Below are positions 40,491-64,000 of a stretch of 64,000 bases of DNA, in pieces. Origin of the DNA: Tubiluchus corallicola (lineage: Eukaryota; Animalia; Priapulida); the NCBI GenBank assembly GCA_030141605.1, contig JAQGDQ010000320.1, forward strand, positions 206,291 through 270,290, written 5' to 3'. Made by a program: the position numbers and the translations under genes. The notes under the pieces are model-generated. The model made no database searches, had not been told where the DNA came from, and was given only the letters and a program-made list of their open reading frames with translations. Position 1 is the stretch's first letter. Each line of letters begins with the position of its first letter.

Positions 40491-43400
40491 TTACTGTGTA
40501 CTTTACTGCGAATGCTTGTATAAACTATAACCTTGCCAATGCTATGTACTGATTCATGGTAAATAGGGCATGATATGCAGCAAGGCTATATACGGTACCA
40601 CTTTGTGTCACGTGGTGCACCTTGCCATGTACTGTTTCGTGATACGTAGGGCATGGTACACAGCGAGATTGAAAAACCCAAGTCACTAAATGCATTGCAA
40701 AATTTGTATCGTGGCTCTGTGTATCACTTTGCTATGTACTGTATCCTATGTACTTTGAGTCGACACATGGCATTGTCATGTGTAGTGAGACAGTGCATGG
40801 CAGCATAGTACACGGCACAGTGATACATGGGGATGTTAAGCATGCGCAAGTGTCCCACATAAGCATTCCCAAACCATAATGTCTGCTGGCAGTAGCTGTT
40901 TATTAGTATTACAAGTTTGCTGTCCACTTGCAGAAGAGAGAGAGAGATGCTGATAAGCTAATAGACGGGTGTCAAGAAAGCACAAACACCCACATAGTGT
41001 TTTGTAATATTTTGAAATTAATTCATTATTTGCAGTGGTAAAGCATTAGTTCCTCAAATAACTACGATCTATATTTGCTTACTAGCATCTACTGTACACC
41101 GAAAATTTTCACTGGCGAATTTTCCCGTTTGCTATTAAATTGCTGTTCCCGCACGCATGTTATCAGATTTTTGTATTGAGTGATTCCGCTCATTGTTTAA
41201 TTGTAGGCTTACTTGCTTTAACCTAAACAATTCATATATTGGTCTAGCTATGGGCAGGTTTTTGCTTTATCGTTCATCCAATAGATAACAGCAACTGTGC
41301 TCAATTTTTCCTATGTGTTAACATCTATGTCGTTTTGATGATGTAGTAATTTTTCATTTCATTCACCGGATTGCATTTACCACTTCTGTGCGTAAGAACC
41401 CAGCATTGCAGCTTCACCCACAAATGTTATAATAGGATTTTGTTCCTTTCTATTTCATTCTCTTCTCTTTTTCTCAATCTTTGTCTATTATTTTATCTTA
41501 ACTATCTATCTATCTTTTATATCATCTCATATATGAGCTTCATTCATTACATCATTCCATTCTGTAGCACTCATGTTTTCTTTATCATACGATTCACTTC
41601 AAATTTTTAGATTATTTTCATTACTTTTTTTTCTATCACTGTGTGGGACAATCTAACAAGCCCTGCTTTTTGATTGCCCGCAACATGTTTACATTTGTAT
41701 ATATAACAAACCTAAATTATGGTATATCTAAACTAGTTATGTGCTCAATGTAAATTGTATACGAATTTACTAAGCAACATACAACAGCGATAATTCTCTT
41801 GTTTATCTTTCAACCCCACAGTGTTTTGAGAGTCAAGTTAGTATATTTGTAATGATGCTGTACATAACGTTGTTTAGACACCAGTATTAAAGGAAGTAGG
41901 GATATCACTATCTTTGTTTAACCTAGGTTGACCTAAACTGACCTAAAGACAGTTTAAATCATTTTTCCAAAATTTGCTTCCTATTATATATCTTACTGTT
42001 TGCTATTCATTGAATTATTAATAACTTTTTTTTTCTTTTAATCTATAAATTGTGTATTTGTGTTGATGTAAATTAAGTAAACAATAAACAATGCTGCTGG
42101 TCTTCTGCTCTAAGGAGGCTACTGCACAGCAACATTTGACAAGGCTTTTTCAAATGATATATACGTCTGCAGAATGCTTGCCAATAAGACCAGGTCTCAG
42201 ACAACTAAATAAATGTAATAAAGTAACAATAAAGATAAATTGTAAACTAGAAATTGAACTAGTGTTTATGTTTGTGCAGTTTTGTATTTTATCTATGTAG
42301 TATTTTCATGTTCTCAGAATGAAAATGAAAGCTGCTGAGAACATGAAAGCATTACATAGATAAAATTTTGCGGCCATTTCACGCACTTCTTTGCAACAAA
42401 ATACTCAAGTTTGCTGGATTTGATACTGCAAAAGAAGGACAATAAAACTGTAGCGAATGCATAGGCCCTTTTTGGTTTTTATTTAGTTACTGCCACGGTG
42501 CTGCCACCTGTTTGTTTATTTAGTAGGCTTTTTATATTTTACAGCAGTCACTCTTTTAAAATTGAAGCACCTAATATCCTTGAATACATTAGCATTTTAG
42601 TCTTTCGTGAGCTATAGCTGTAGTAGTTGTATGACATTTTACCCGTCTTTTGGTTCTCTCCGCCATTGCTCTAGTGTTGTGTGTATGATGAGCATTATGA
42701 CTCTAAATTTCTTACGAGTTTATTGTTGTGACATTGTTGTTCTTAAGGCCTTGGAGTTCTCATTCCTGTCTTTGTAAATGTTAAAGGCTCTAACAACGTA
42801 AGTTATTGTTAATTAATTTTAATATAGTTTACATAATTTTTATATCAGTTTTCTTAGTTATAGTCATACATCTAATCATGTGATGAACTCTCTTCTACTC
42901 GATGCAAATTAGACTAATTGTTAATAATTGTATTGCAGAATAAAGAAACTTTTGGTCAACACATTAAACTGGTGTTTTGCATCCATTTCAAAAACAGTAC
43001 ATTTTACTTTCCAAAATGCCATAAATACAACATTGTTACATGTTTTACAAAGAAGCTGTTAGTACAACAAAATGGAGCAAAATGTGAATTCACCATAATA
43101 TTGATGTATCGTCTCACACCAAGAAGGTAGACTTGCACAGGATTGAGCAGAAGGCAACATGTAAAAAGAAGATGTAAAAGATGCAATATAAAAAAGCAAA
43201 AAAAAAATGAAATGCAAGGGTTTTAGTAAGAGTAAGGAGATAATATGATGGTTTCATTCTCATGAGAATGTAAAGAGAAACAGATCAATCAGCTGAGTCA
43301 CTGCAAACATCTGTGTGGTGTACTTATGAAAAGTGATAGGTAAATTTTCCTACTTGTAGGGAAAGAGTCGGTAAAAATGCTTCATGGGCAACTTTTGTTT

Positions 43401-43857
43401 GAGTCATTATGGCCCTATATTTTAGGTGTTTCATGCTAGTTTGTTGGCCCTGTTTGTGACCATGTAATGTGCCTGTGTTTGTTGTGTTTTATTCTGATTG
43501 AGAGTAAATTATACATGTTCTTTCTGTACTTTATTCTTTCTGTGCTTTGGCTTAATAAACTAAACTTATAATATTGAATTAAGTAACTAATGCGCCTCAA
43601 AGTTGTATTTAGTGTGAGTAATTGACAATTAATGTAACTAGGCATACATCAATATACGTCACATTATTTTTTTATGTGCAGATATTTGGTGCACTGACGT
43701 TGTACTGTGCGTGGAAGATGTTCACTCATAACTCCTGCAAAACATTTGGAGCATTCAACAAATGCGAGATGAATAGGTCCATTCGTCATTAGACAGTTTT
43801 GATGGTATTGATAAGCTCTAGATAGCGGTTTTGATTATATCTTACTTTATTGTAATG

Positions 43858-44338
43858 CAGGGGTGTGCACTTGTGGCCCGCCGAGACAATTTGTGCGGCC
43901 CGTGAAGAAATTTGTTGACCTAATGAAAGTGCGGCCCGGGCGATTAATTGAGTGTATCCAGCTGAAGTCCGTGCCACGATCCCAAAGATAATGCGGGTAG
44001 TTTTTTCTACTAGATCGGATGCCATTGACCCTTACAAGACGGTTGTAGCTTAATGTCACTGTACTACACAGACTGTGTGATACACATTACTAATACGTAT
44101 TGTAATGAAATTACCACTATCTGTCCTGAAAGTAGAAATATATGGTTTGTAATATAAATTTTAATAACTTCTAAAATAGTTTCTTGAGTGTAGTAGTAAT
44201 GATGTGCGCAGGTCGGATGCAAAAAAATTGTTATTAGGTCTTTCTATACTTGGCTCCTTGATCAAACTGCCTGTGGCCTGCAGGAATTGTGGGAAAGTTT
44301 AATGTGGCCCGGCTAGTCAGATAATTTGCACACCCCTG
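43858..44338. mobile_element. hAT MITE family A copy 3
   Basis: TIRs CAGGGGTGTGCA/TGCACACCCCTG; flanks TTGTAATG/ATTTAATG; internal sequence shared with copies 1 and 2. Confidence 0.9.
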
Positions 44339-44655
44339 ATTTAATGCAAATAAGTGGATACAAGTCGGGAAACGCAATTGATTTGTGAAAATGATACGCT
44401 TGTAAGTAAATGCTAGACAGAGTGCAGCACCTGCTAGAGACTCTTATTCTGAACTTTGACAATTTTCTATAAACTACTAACTGTCTTTTTACAATGTATT
44501 TTTGATCAACAAGAACTTTTCACCTCTTTTCTCACAGTGCTTTGTTGTTGTTTTTATGCTTCTTTGCTTTCTGTGATTATATTTGATTCAAAGAGTGAAT
44601 TTCGAAAATTTATTGATTTTTTTCATAGTTAAAAGTCAATGGATGGCTAACAGGT

Positions 44656-63823
<19,168 letters not shown>

Positions 63824-64000
63824 GTATGTATAAGTGTTAGGTTTTTTATTGCATGAGCTAAGCTTGTCACGTATTCCCGTGATCGAGTTTACCTGTGTTG
63901 CTAGGCTTTTCATTTACAGTATTGGTAACTAGTTTATTCCAGTTCCTACAACTTGTGCAAACCTAGCTCGTTAACCTTGAATCATTTATAGAGGCTTATA

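Overview
AT-rich, intron-containing invertebrate-type animal genomic DNA, not prokaryotic. Reconstructing exons by splice sites and reading phase gives five genes. (1) The 5' part of cytoplasmic aspartyl-tRNA synthetase DARS1 (minus strand, runs off the left edge). (2,3) Two tandem paralogous ~525-aa multi-pass membrane proteins of a family I cannot name. Each is a short unrelated leader exon plus one ~1.5-kb intronless exon, so they are candidates for domesticated horizontally acquired or retroposed genes. (4) A minus-strand C2H2 zinc-finger gene whose shared 5' exons can splice in frame to either of two alternative terminal exons, one encoding a BEN domain and one a Crypton/tyrosine-recombinase-derived DUF3504 domain. 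(5) FASTKD1 (plus strand, runs off the right edge). Introns and intergenic DNA carry many hAT and Tc1/mariner-type MITEs, RTE retrotransposon derivatives, minisatellites and compound microsatellites. All calls are made by eye, with no database searches.
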